A stretch of DNA of 11,470 bases. It comes from Calditrichia bacterium (GTDB lineage: Bacteria > Calditrichota > Calditrichia > RBG-13-44-9). The position numbers and the translations under genes were made by a program. Where the stretch lies: NCBI GenBank assembly GCA_037381445.1, contig JARRQT010000097.1, forward strand, positions 1-11,470, written 5' to 3'. Of the stretch, positions 1 to 7,888 are shown one piece after another (position 1 is the stretch's first letter; every line of letters begins with the position of its first letter). The notes beneath the pieces are model-generated. The model searched no databases and had not been told where the DNA came from. It saw nothing but the letters and a program-made list of their open reading frames with translations.

Positions 1-2759
1 TCCAGGGCCTGATTCCAGCGGCGGTGCAGCTTTTTGATATCTTCTTCCCTGGACACAATAACCGATTTCAAACTCTGGTAGCTGTTTTCCACTTCCAGCT
101 TTTCCTTCTCCACTTCATCCCGGCCCTCATATAGCGCATCCAACTGGCTGCGGTGCCCGGCACTCTCATTTTCTATCTGTGCGATTTGCGCCTGATAATT
201 TTCAATTTCCCGGGAGCTGGCGACCAGACCCTTTTCTATTTCGGAAATGGTTTGTCGTATATACTCGGCCTTCTGTTCCAGCTCACCGATATAGTTCTTT
301 TTATTCAGGTATTCGATCTGCAGTTGCTGGACTTCGCGGGAAAGCCGTCGGTATTCCTGATCGGCCGCTTCCATCTCGCTGTTCAGACGCAAATCCTCTT
401 CCTGAAAGGCCTGTTGCTTGCGGTCTGCTTCCTGAACATCGGGAAGCAATGCCTTCTCACGGGACTCCAGTTCACCGATCTGCTGCTGCAGTGAATCCAG
501 TTCCTGTTCGGTCTCGGTTAACCTTTCGGCGGACCTTTGTATCTCATACTGATGCTGATTGAACTTTTGCTCCAGTTGATTGAGAGATTTCTGCTGCTCT
601 TTTAACAGGCGGTCGAACTCTTCCACCTTGCCTTTCTTTTCCGCGGTATTCTCCCGGATCGAGATTAATTCAGCTTCAATTTCTTCCTGCCGTTTTTGGG
701 ATAAACGAAGATCAGAAGCCACCTTCTCAAACTGATGTTTCCGCCCGGTGAGGTTCAGGCTCTGCCGGGAATTCCCTCCGGTAATATTGCCCCAATCCCC
801 CAGCAGTTCCCCATTCCTGGTAAGAAAATTCATCGAGGGATACTTCTTTCTCCATTCCAGTGCCGAATTGACGTCCTCAACCAGGATAACCCGGTCAAAA
901 AGAAAATTGAACAACTGTTCGAAGCGGCTGTCGAATTGAACCACGTTTTTTAAGGGAATTGTCTCGCCGTTGAGCTGACTCAGGTCCGGTTTTCCGTTCC
1001 GGCTGGTATTCAACAGGGAAAGCGGCACCAGGGTAAGGCGGCCTTTTTTCTGGTTCCGGATTTCGGAAAGGATATTTTGGGCGGTATCCACTTCTTCCAC
1101 CACCAGATAATTGGCGATCTCCTCCAGATAGCTTTCCAGGGCCGGCCGGTATTCGTCAGTAGTATCCACCATGTTGGCGAGGGTATCGACCAGTCCGCTG
1201 AAATTCTTCTTATTGGACATCACGTACTGGACGCTTTCGGAAAATCCCTCATAATTATCGATCAGATTTCGCAGGAATTCCTGACGGCTCTTCAGCTTCT
1301 CAATTTTGCCGATCAACTGGTTCTTTTCGGTCTCCAGCAGCTCCAGCCGCTCCTGCAATTCTGTGACTTGCTTCAGGAGCAGCTCCCGCTCTTTCTCATA
1401 CAGGCCGGCGTCTTCCCGGGAGGCTTCCAGTTCCTGTTCCAGCTCGTCGAGCTGTTTCTGCTTGCTTTCCAGGTCTTCGCTCAGGCTCTTTTTCAGGCCG
1501 GCCAGCCTTTCCGCTTGTTGAACAATATTGTTTTTCTGAATGGTGATGCGCTGGTATTCTTCCCGCTGACGGCTGATCTCGCTCAGGGTATTCACATTTT
1601 CAGCCCGGAATTGCTGGAAATTTTTGCGGACTTTTTCCAGCCGTCTCTCCGCTTCAACCTGCGCGTTTGCCTTTTCGGTATATTCAAGTTGCTTTTTTTC
1701 CGCCAGCGATTCGGTCTCGGCTTTTTCCTTTCCGTTGGCTTCCAGTTGTTGTTCCAGATCAGCGCTCCGCGCATTTTGGGCTTCGATGTCGCGCCTGGCC
1801 TTTTCAATGTTCTCTTTTAGGGATTCAATTTTCTGATCGTTGAGCTGCACCTGCTGCTGAATCCCGCGAATTTTTTCATCCGCTGTGTTCAGCCTGCCGG
1901 ACACTTCACGAAAGCGGCCTTCCAGATCCACGGCTTGCAGTTGATATTTCTCGAGTTCGGCCTCACCCTGATTAACTTCCCGCCCCAGACGCTCCCGGGT
2001 TTCCCGTATCTGGCTGTATTCTTCCCGCAGGGGAACCAGTTCCTGCTCGTATCCCTGCACCTTCAATTGATAGATGAAGAGCTCTTTTTGTTTCAGTTCA
2101 TTCTTAAATTCATGGTAGCGGCGTGCTTTGCCCACCTGCCGGGAGAGTGAATTCACTGTTTTCTGGACTTCCGAGATCACGTCGTTCAGCCTGACCAACT
2201 CCTGCTCGGTGGTTTCCAGTTTGCGCAGCGCCGATTTACGGCGGAATTTGTATTTTTTGATTCCCGCTGCTTCCTCAAAGAGACGTCGCCGTTCCTCCGC
2301 ATTTTCACTCAGAATCTGCTCCACCATTTTTAATTCAATCACCGAATAGGCGTCCGATCCCATGCCGGTATCAGTGAAAAGATCGATCACATCCTTCAGA
2401 CGGACCTGGCGGTTGTTCAGAAGGTACTCGCTGTCGCCGGACCGGTAAAGCCGGCGGGTAATTTTCACCTCACTGTAAATGGAAGGAAGTATATTTTTGG
2501 TATTTTCAATATACATGGAAACCTCTGCCATACTGAGCGGCTTGCGGCTCGCCGTGCCGTTGAAAATGACATTCTCCATCCTGTCCAGCCTCAGCAGGGA
2601 AGGCCTTTGTTCACCCAGCACCCAGCGGATGGCATCCACAATGTTGGACTTTCCGCACCCGTTGGGGCCGATAACGGCAGTGACTCCATCTTTGAATTGA
2701 AAATTTACTTTGTGGGCAAAGGATTTAAATCCAAAAATTTCTAGTTTCGATAAATACAT
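1..2759 (-). CDS. smc: Chromosome segregation protein SMC (partial; 3' end runs off the window, about 919 codons present)
   Basis: Manual translation from ATG at 2759 gives MYLSKLEIFGFKSFAHK...VTAVIGPNGCGKSNIVDAIRWVLGEQ (Walker A), then ITRRLYRSGDSEYLLN and RRRLFEEAAGI, a long coiled coil, and hinge motifs KKGRLTLVPL (~1020-1050) and FLTRNGELLGDWGNITGG (~775-830). No in-frame stop was found down to position 3. Absent from the ORF track because the stop codon lies outside the window. Confidence 0.97.
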   Translation of the reverse strand, partial: MYLSKLEIFGFKSFAHKVNFQFKDGVTAVIGPNGCGKSNIVDAIRWVLGEQRPSLLRLDRMENVIFNGTASRKPLSMAEVSMYIENTKNILPSIYSEVKITRRLYRSGDSEYLLNNRQVRLKDVIDLFTDTGMGSDAYSVIELKMVEQILSENAEERRRLFEEAAGIKKYKFRRKSALRKLETTEQELVRLNDVISEVQKTVNSLSRQVGKARRYHEFKNELKQKELFIYQLKVQGYEQELVPLREEYSQIRETRERLGREVNQGEAELEKYQLQAVDLEGRFREVSGRLNTADEKIRGIQQQVQLNDQKIESLKENIEKARRDIEAQNARSADLEQQLEANGKEKAETESLAEKKQLEYTEKANAQVEAERRLEKVRKNFQQFRAENVNTLSEISRQREEYQRITIQKNNIVQQAERLAGLKKSLSEDLESKQKQLDELEQELEASREDAGLYEKERELLLKQVTELQERLELLETEKNQLIGKIEKLKSRQEFLRNLIDNYEGFSESVQYVMSNKKNFSGLVDTLANMVDTTDEYRPALESYLEEIANYLVVEEVDTAQNILSEIRNQKKGRLTLVPLSLLNTSRNGKPDLSQLNGETIPLKNVVQFDSRFEQLFNFLFDRVILVEDVNSALEWRKKYPSMNFLTRNGELLGDWGNITGGNSRQSLNLTGRKHQFEKVASDLRLSQKRQEEIEAELISIRENTAEKKGKVEEFDRLLKEQQKSLNQLEQKFNQHQYEIQRSAERLTETEQELDSLQQQIGELESREKALLPDVQEADRKQQAFQEEDLRLNSEMEAADQEYRRLSREVQQLQIEYLNKKNYIGELEQKAEYIRQTISEIEKGLVASSREIENYQAQIAQIENESAGHRSQLDALYEGRDEVEKEKLEVENSYQSLKSVIVSREEDIKKLHRRWNQAL

Positions 2760-2781
2760 CCAGCCAGCTACAATTCCTCTA

Positions 2782-5343
2782 TTAGATTAAAGACTGATAC
2801 AGGTGAAGCAGAAAAACAAGATGCGCGGAGAGATTCACCTGAGTTTGCAAATAATAATAAAATCCGCCGCCGATAATTCCCAAGAATGCGATTGTAAATA
2901 GAAATACCCGCGCAAAAGATACTTCCGTCATAACGCGGGTTCCATTTATCCAACGCAGCAGGTACCAAACATGAAAATATAATAGAAGAACAAATAAAAT
3001 CCAATAGGAATTCAAGACAAGCAGTAAGTTATAGAAAAACATGGCAACAGGCAGTGAAATCAGGAAAGGGGCTGCCGCCCAGATACTGATGGCGATGGCC
3101 TGCCGGCTGTGAATTTTCGGCTCCCGGAAAAACGACACGAAGCGAATGGGCACAGCCATCAGGAAGAAAGTGGCTATGATAACAAATGTCAGGATGGGCA
3201 GCAGTAAAAAAGGCCGCCAAATAATGTAGCTGATCAGAAGCTTCATTCCGTTTCCGGGAAAAACCAGGGAGAGAAGATAATCCATGTAGAAATTGTTCCG
3301 GAAAAAATAAAGGATGCTTCCCGTCATGACCGCGCCGTTCACGGACAGAATCAGCAGCAGAATCAGATTTTCCGTATACGGAATCAGTCTGCGCTCCTGT
3401 ATATCGGTAAAAAATCCGTGGGGCCTGCGGATGGAACGGTGCACGTTATGGCGGAACTCGATCATAGAGCGGTAGAGCACCACAAAGACCAGGAAATTGA
3501 TCAGGCCCACAATCACAAAAAGAAAGGTGCCGATATTTTTCTTTTCGGAAGCGAACTGTGCAGCTGGCATCATCCGCTTTTTGCTGGCCAACAATGCGGC
3601 AGCGTCTTTTTTCAGATTGCGGTCCAGATCATAAATCCCCACGGTATTCAACAGGAATTTATTTTGCGGTCCGGCCTGCAGGGAAGGCGTTTCAAGGTAG
3701 TAGTCCGAATAGGTGAGCACAAAATCTCCCGCCAGCCTGCTTTTCCATTCGCTGCTGTTTATGCGGCTGTACAATTCGGTAATTTGCTGCAAATCGTGGG
3801 TAATGGCGCTGGAATCCACCCGGTAGGAAATGGCCTTGGAAATGGCCGAGAAGATGACCGGTTTTTGCCCGGGCAGCTGGTTCATTATCTTATCCAGATA
3901 AGTCTTCTGGTGATTGCGGTCGAGTATTTCAAAACAGCAGAGGTCGGCAAAATCCGGCGCCTTTGGCTCCGGCAGGAAAGTCCCCGAATAAACAAGCTGC
4001 AGATTCTCCTGTGAAATGAGATCACTCAGCTTTTCCAAAAACATTTTGCCCTCCAAATTATCCGGATCGTAAAAACCACTGAGCCCGATACCCAGCACTG
4101 AGGGATGACCGCTCACCAGATCCAAAAACGAACGCACGTACTTGACCGCGGCATCCTGTTTCAGGCTGTCTGCTAAAAAACCGCTGTCCATCATGGGAAA
4201 TGGCAGGTCCTGAAAACACACCAATCCTAAAGAATCGGTGAGGCTGTAGAATAGAGGCGATCGCGGATAAAATCCCACCCGGATTGCATTGAACCCCAGG
4301 GATTTGATTTTTTCCAGATCCTGCAAGACCTGGCGCCTGTTCAGCAGGTCCACTCCCCGGGCATCCTGGTAGATATAATTGATGCCGTCCAGCTTTACGG
4401 GATTGCCATTCAGTCTGATATTCTGATGATCTGCCTGCACCTGCCGCACGCTCAGGGGAAGATAATTCGTATCGACTTCCTTATTATTATGTTTCAGAAC
4501 AATTTTAAGGCGGTAAACATGGGGTGCCTGGGGAGACCACGGCTCCAATCCCGGAACGGTGAAGCTGTAATTAATATCTTTCGTATTCTGCGTTGAATCC
4601 GTTTCAAAGTAATACGGGACCGAGCGCCATACCTTGCCTTTTTCCAGAATCTGAAAAACAATATTGTAATCGCCCTTGAAATCGGCAATGGATTGAATTC
4701 TCAGGCTGCCGGATATCATCAGGCTATCGCCCCGGAATCCGGCGTGCGCAGTGGGTTGCCTCAGACAAACCGCGGGTGCAATTTCAATAAAAACGCTACG
4801 GTTAATGCCGTTATCGATCCGGGGAAGGTTCACCGGCATCCAGGTGGGAAACTGGGCATCCCGCCCTTTCCAGGAGCGGATTTTTATTTCAATGGTATTG
4901 TTCCGGGATTCCAAATAGGAAGCAGGGACATCCAGCGATAGCGGTAAAAAATTCCGGCTGCCGCTGAACAGCAATTTGTCGTTGAGCCGTACTTCGCTGA
5001 GCCCGTTGAGGCCTTCAAAATGAAGACGATAGTGGGCATTTACAACTTTTTCCATCTGAAAAGTTTTACGGAAGATAAAATCCTGCCTGGAATAAAATAC
5101 GGAGGGGATGCTCACCCGGCCAATAGATTGCTCATTCGCTCCGCCGAACAGATCGTATGTTCCGTTCAGGGACAAAAAGCGATGCTGCGGGCCAAGAGAT
5201 TTGACATATAATTTCAGGTTTTCATCGGCAAGCAGCGGCGCCTGGGAATAAAATAAAACCTGGTTTTTGGCGAAAAGTGAAGAAATCAGAAGCAGCAGGA
5301 TCAGGTAAAATCCCGAAAGCATTCCTCTTCCGTAACGATTCAT
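2782..5343 (-). CDS. Exported/membrane-anchored glycoside hydrolase family 2-like protein (sugar-binding, Ig-like and TIM barrel domains) with a C-terminal ~6-TM Yip1-like domain; catalytic residues degenerate
   Basis: GH2 hallmarks are present: LSLNGTYD, YRLHFEGLNGLSEVRLND, PWSPQAPHVYRLKIVL, IRLNGNPVKLDGIN, DLEKIKSLGFNAIRVGFYP, DSLGL and HPSVLG. There is a hydrophobic N-terminal signal peptide and about six hydrophobic segments in the last ~250 aa. Start moved from 5382 to ATG 5343, which has a strong SD (AAAGGAGGT); 5382 lies inside a predicted promoter. Confidence 0.85.
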   Translation of the reverse strand: MNRYGRGMLSGFYLILLLLISSLFAKNQVLFYSQAPLLADENLKLYVKSLGPQHRFLSLNGTYDLFGGANEQSIGRVSIPSVFYSRQDFIFRKTFQMEKVVNAHYRLHFEGLNGLSEVRLNDKLLFSGSRNFLPLSLDVPASYLESRNNTIEIKIRSWKGRDAQFPTWMPVNLPRIDNGINRSVFIEIAPAVCLRQPTAHAGFRGDSLMISGSLRIQSIADFKGDYNIVFQILEKGKVWRSVPYYFETDSTQNTKDINYSFTVPGLEPWSPQAPHVYRLKIVLKHNNKEVDTNYLPLSVRQVQADHQNIRLNGNPVKLDGINYIYQDARGVDLLNRRQVLQDLEKIKSLGFNAIRVGFYPRSPLFYSLTDSLGLVCFQDLPFPMMDSGFLADSLKQDAAVKYVRSFLDLVSGHPSVLGIGLSGFYDPDNLEGKMFLEKLSDLISQENLQLVYSGTFLPEPKAPDFADLCCFEILDRNHQKTYLDKIMNQLPGQKPVIFSAISKAISYRVDSSAITHDLQQITELYSRINSSEWKSRLAGDFVLTYSDYYLETPSLQAGPQNKFLLNTVGIYDLDRNLKKDAAALLASKKRMMPAAQFASEKKNIGTFLFVIVGLINFLVFVVLYRSMIEFRHNVHRSIRRPHGFFTDIQERRLIPYTENLILLLILSVNGAVMTGSILYFFRNNFYMDYLLSLVFPGNGMKLLISYIIWRPFLLLPILTFVIIATFFLMAVPIRFVSFFREPKIHSRQAIAISIWAAAPFLISLPVAMFFYNLLLVLNSYWILFVLLLYFHVWYLLRWINGTRVMTEVSFARVFLFTIAFLGIIGGGFYYYLQTQVNLSAHLVFLLHLYQSLI

Positions 5344-5347
5344 GACA

Positions 5348-5356
5348 CCTCCTTTG
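5348..5356 (-). promoter_or_regulatory. Shine-Dalgarno site for the GH2-like gene
   Basis: The minus strand reads CAAAGGAGGTGTC-ATG(5343). Confidence 0.8.
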
Positions 5357-5363
5357 TTGTCCA

Positions 5364-5392
5364 ATTTTAAGAAATTTCCCATATGAATGCAA
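5364..5392 (-). promoter_or_regulatory. Sigma70-type promoter P1 for the GH2-like/smc operon
   Basis: Minus strand TTGCAT (5392-5387), 17-nt spacer, TAAAAT (5369-5364), just upstream of the SD. Confidence 0.65.
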
Positions 5393-5425
5393 AAGGTAGG
5401 ATTTGTTCTTGGGAGGCGGAATGAA

Positions 5426-5454
5426 AGTGTAATATTTATTCAGAATTTGGACAA
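5426..5454 (-). promoter_or_regulatory. Possible second sigma70-type promoter P2 for the GH2-like/smc operon
   Basis: Minus strand TTGTCC (5454-5449), 17-nt spacer, TACACT (5431-5426). Confidence 0.4.
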
Positions 5455-5531
5455 ATCCCGAATGTTCCGCCCCCGATTTTTCAGCAAAAATTTCTTCAAA
5501 AATCCCTCCGGATTTGGCTTTGACAAAGCGC

Positions 5532-5560
5532 TTGACAGTTCATAGACCGTTTATTATATT
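5532..5560 (+). promoter_or_regulatory. Near-consensus sigma70 promoter for the EF-G paralog
   Basis: TTGACA (5532-5537), 17-nt spacer, TATATT (5555-5560). SD TAAGGAGG at 5615-5622 precedes TTG 5630. Confidence 0.75.
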
Positions 5561-5629
5561 CGAACTTTCGTATTTAAAAAACACGATGGTAAAACCTTGA
5601 TGACTGATAATTGATAAGGAGGATCACCG

Positions 5630-7702
5630 TTGAAAGAGTATACAGGTGAAAACATTAGAAACGTTGGAGTCGCAGCCCATGGCGGGGCCGGCAAAACATC
5701 TCTGGTCGAAGCGATTCTTTATACAATGGGCCAGACCACCCGTCTGGGGACCATTGATCAGGGCAATACGGTTTCCGATTATAATGATGACGAAATCGAA
5801 CGCCAGATTTCCATCAGCGCCTCCCTGCTGCACGGCGAGTGGAACAAAAACAAGATCAACATCGTCGACACCCCCGGGTTCAGTGATTTCTTCGGGGATG
5901 TGGTCAGCGGACTGAGGGTTGTGGAGAATGTGCTGTTAATGATATCCGCTTCTTCGGGCGTGGAAGTCGGCACGGAGCAGGTCTGGGAATATGCGGAAAA
6001 ATATCAGAAGCCCGTGACATTGATCATCAATAAACTCGACCGCGACAACCTCAACTTCGATCAGATTGTCGGTTCTCTCAAGGAACGGTTCGGCAATCAC
6101 CTGCTGCTCACCCAGTACCCGGTGGAAACCGGCGCAAATTTCTTTAAAATTGTTGATGTGTTAAAAATGAAGCTGCTGACCTACCCGCAGGATCATTCGG
6201 GCAAACCCACCGTGGAAGATATTCCCGCAAACCTGCAGGGAAAAGCCCAGGAGCTGAAAACACAGTTGGTGGAAGCGGTGGCGGAAAGCGACGACCAGTT
6301 GCTGGAGAAATTCTTTGAGGTGGGTGAATTGACTGATGACGAATTTCGCTCCGGATTCAAAAAAGCATTCCTGAACCGGCGGGTGTTCCCGGTATTTCTT
6401 ACCTCCGCCACTCACAATGTGGGAGTGAGCAGTCTGCTGGATTTTATCGTTGACTATTCCCCGGCGCCGGTGGAAATACCCACTGTTAAATTTGAGGACG
6501 GAAAAGAACTGAAGCCGGTAGACGGCGAGCCCCTTTCAGCCTTTATTTTCAAGACGGTTTCCGAGGCTCACGTGGGGGAACTATCCCTGGTCCGTGTTTT
6601 CTCCGGCAAACTGGAGAGCGGTGAAGAAGTTTTTAACTCCGTACAGAACCACAGCGAGCGCATCGGCCAGATTTTTGATCTCTCGGGAAAAAACAAGCAG
6701 AATGTGGATCGTCTGCATGCCGGTGATATCGGCGCCCTGGTGAAACTGAAAGGGACCCATACCAGCGATACGCTGTGCCAGAAGAACAATCCGGTTGCCA
6801 TTCCGCCCATTGATTTCCCGACCCCCTTGTTCAGCCTGGCGGTCGAGCCGAAATCCAAAGGCGATGAAAGCAAAATCTCCAGCGGTTTGCATTCGCTGCA
6901 TGAAGAAGATCCCACCTTCATCGTGAAATATGATCCGGAACTGAAGCAGACCATTATCTCCGGTCTGGGAGAACTGCACCTTGACATAATCATCGAGCGC
7001 CTCAAACAAAAATTCGGGGTGGAAGTCAATTTAAAGGATCCCAAAATCCCCTACCGGGAAACCATTAAGGGCAAGGGCGATGCGCGGTATCGCCATAAAA
7101 AACAGAGCGGCGGCGCCGGGCAGTTTGCGGAAGTGCTGATGCGCATCGAACCTAAATCCAGGGGAGAGGGAGTGGAATTCACGAACTCTCTGGTGGGGCA
7201 AAATGTGGACCGTGTCTATGTGCCTTCGGTTGAAAAGGGCGTTATGGCTGCCTGCGAAGAGGGAGTGATTGCCGGTTACCGCGTGGTGGATTTGAAGATT
7301 GATTTCTATGATGGTAAAATGCACCCGGTGGACTCCAGCGATATCGCCTTCCAGATTGCCGGTAAGGCTGCTTTTAAGGATGCCTTCGCCCAGGCCAAAC
7401 CTGTTCTGCTGGAGCCGATCTACGATATCGAAGTGAAGGTCCCGGAAGAATACATGGGCGATGTCATGGGTGATATTTCCAGCAAGCGCGGCAAGATTTC
7501 CGGCATGGAAGCGGAAGGCCATTTCCAGGTTATTAAAGCCAAAGTGCCGCTGGCCGAACTTCACAAATATTCCACCACCCTGCGCTCCATGACCCAGGGA
7601 CGGGGAATTTTCAGACAAAAATTCTCTCACTATGAGGAAGTGCCCGGGGACCTGGCCAATAAAATCATCGAACAAGCCAAAAAAGAAAAAGAAGAAGCAT
7701 AA
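5630..7702 (+). CDS. fusA: Elongation factor G paralog (EF-G2 / EF-G II type)
   Basis: 690 aa with the full five-domain EF-G pattern: G1 AHGGAGKTS, DTPG, NKLD, EEDPTF, SGLGELHLDII, PKIPYRETI, KKQSGGAGQF, HPVDSS, LLEPI, LRSMTQGRG. The G motifs are non-canonical and there is no rpsL/rpsG/tuf context, which indicates a secondary paralog. TTG start with strong SD. Confidence 0.95.
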   Translation: MKEYTGENIRNVGVAAHGGAGKTSLVEAILYTMGQTTRLGTIDQGNTVSDYNDDEIERQISISASLLHGEWNKNKINIVDTPGFSDFFGDVVSGLRVVENVLLMISASSGVEVGTEQVWEYAEKYQKPVTLIINKLDRDNLNFDQIVGSLKERFGNHLLLTQYPVETGANFFKIVDVLKMKLLTYPQDHSGKPTVEDIPANLQGKAQELKTQLVEAVAESDDQLLEKFFEVGELTDDEFRSGFKKAFLNRRVFPVFLTSATHNVGVSSLLDFIVDYSPAPVEIPTVKFEDGKELKPVDGEPLSAFIFKTVSEAHVGELSLVRVFSGKLESGEEVFNSVQNHSERIGQIFDLSGKNKQNVDRLHAGDIGALVKLKGTHTSDTLCQKNNPVAIPPIDFPTPLFSLAVEPKSKGDESKISSGLHSLHEEDPTFIVKYDPELKQTIISGLGELHLDIIIERLKQKFGVEVNLKDPKIPYRETIKGKGDARYRHKKQSGGAGQFAEVLMRIEPKSRGEGVEFTNSLVGQNVDRVYVPSVEKGVMAACEEGVIAGYRVVDLKIDFYDGKMHPVDSSDIAFQIAGKAAFKDAFAQAKPVLLEPIYDIEVKVPEEYMGDVMGDISSKRGKISGMEAEGHFQVIKAKVPLAELHKYSTTLRSMTQGRGIFRQKFSHYEEVPGDLANKIIEQAKKEKEEA

Positions 7703-7726
7703 CACGATATTTCTTTTATGTTATTC

Positions 7727-7760
7727 AGGCCCTGCATCCCGGATGCGGGGCTTTTTTATT
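7727..7760 (+). terminator. Rho-independent terminator after the EF-G paralog
   Basis: Stem AGGCCCTGCATC (7727-7738), loop CCG, GATGCGGGGCTT (7742-7753), followed by TTTTATT; about 25 nt after the stop codon. Confidence 0.85.
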
Positions 7761-7822
7761 TTGAGCACTCACAGTATTTTTTCCAGTACTTAAAAAAATG
7801 CATTAATTTTTTCGGACATCCT

Positions 7823-7851
7823 TTGTATCCTGCAAAGTTTTTCGCTAAATT
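7823..7851 (+). promoter_or_regulatory. Possible sigma70 promoter for the HIT gene
   Basis: TTGTAT (7823-7828), 17-nt spacer, TAAATT (7846-7851), located between the terminator and ATG 7889. Confidence 0.45.
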
Positions 7852-7888
7852 CACCGGAAGAATCTTAAAGGAAACAAGGGGAAGACGC

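Noticed and set aside
153..2700. Plus-strand ORFs 153-494, 179-562, 735-953, 748-939, 1077-1820, 1306-1521, 1624-1836, 1935-2150, 2128-2349, 2479-2700 and minus-strand 1592-1807
   Set aside because: Antisense or alternate-frame shadows of smc; the L/F/Q- or S-rich composition mirrors the coiled-coil codons and there are no family motifs.
2768..5211. Small ORFs overlapping the GH2-like gene (including 3418-4014 +)
   Set aside because: Nested almost entirely within a well-supported long CDS, with no recognisable motifs or RBS.
5344..5382. N-terminal extension MGNFLKLDNKGGV of the 866-aa ORF
   Set aside because: It overlaps promoter P1 and the SD of ATG 5343, and the signal peptide fits the downstream start.
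5624..7705. Antisense and alternate-frame ORFs within the EF-G paralog (e.g. 6568-7044, 6581-7009, 7031-7705)
   Set aside because: Typical shadow ORFs of a conserved gene.
7718..7888. 57-aa N-terminal extension of the HIT ORF
   Set aside because: It runs through the terminator and predicted promoter; the family starts at M..LWAPWR.
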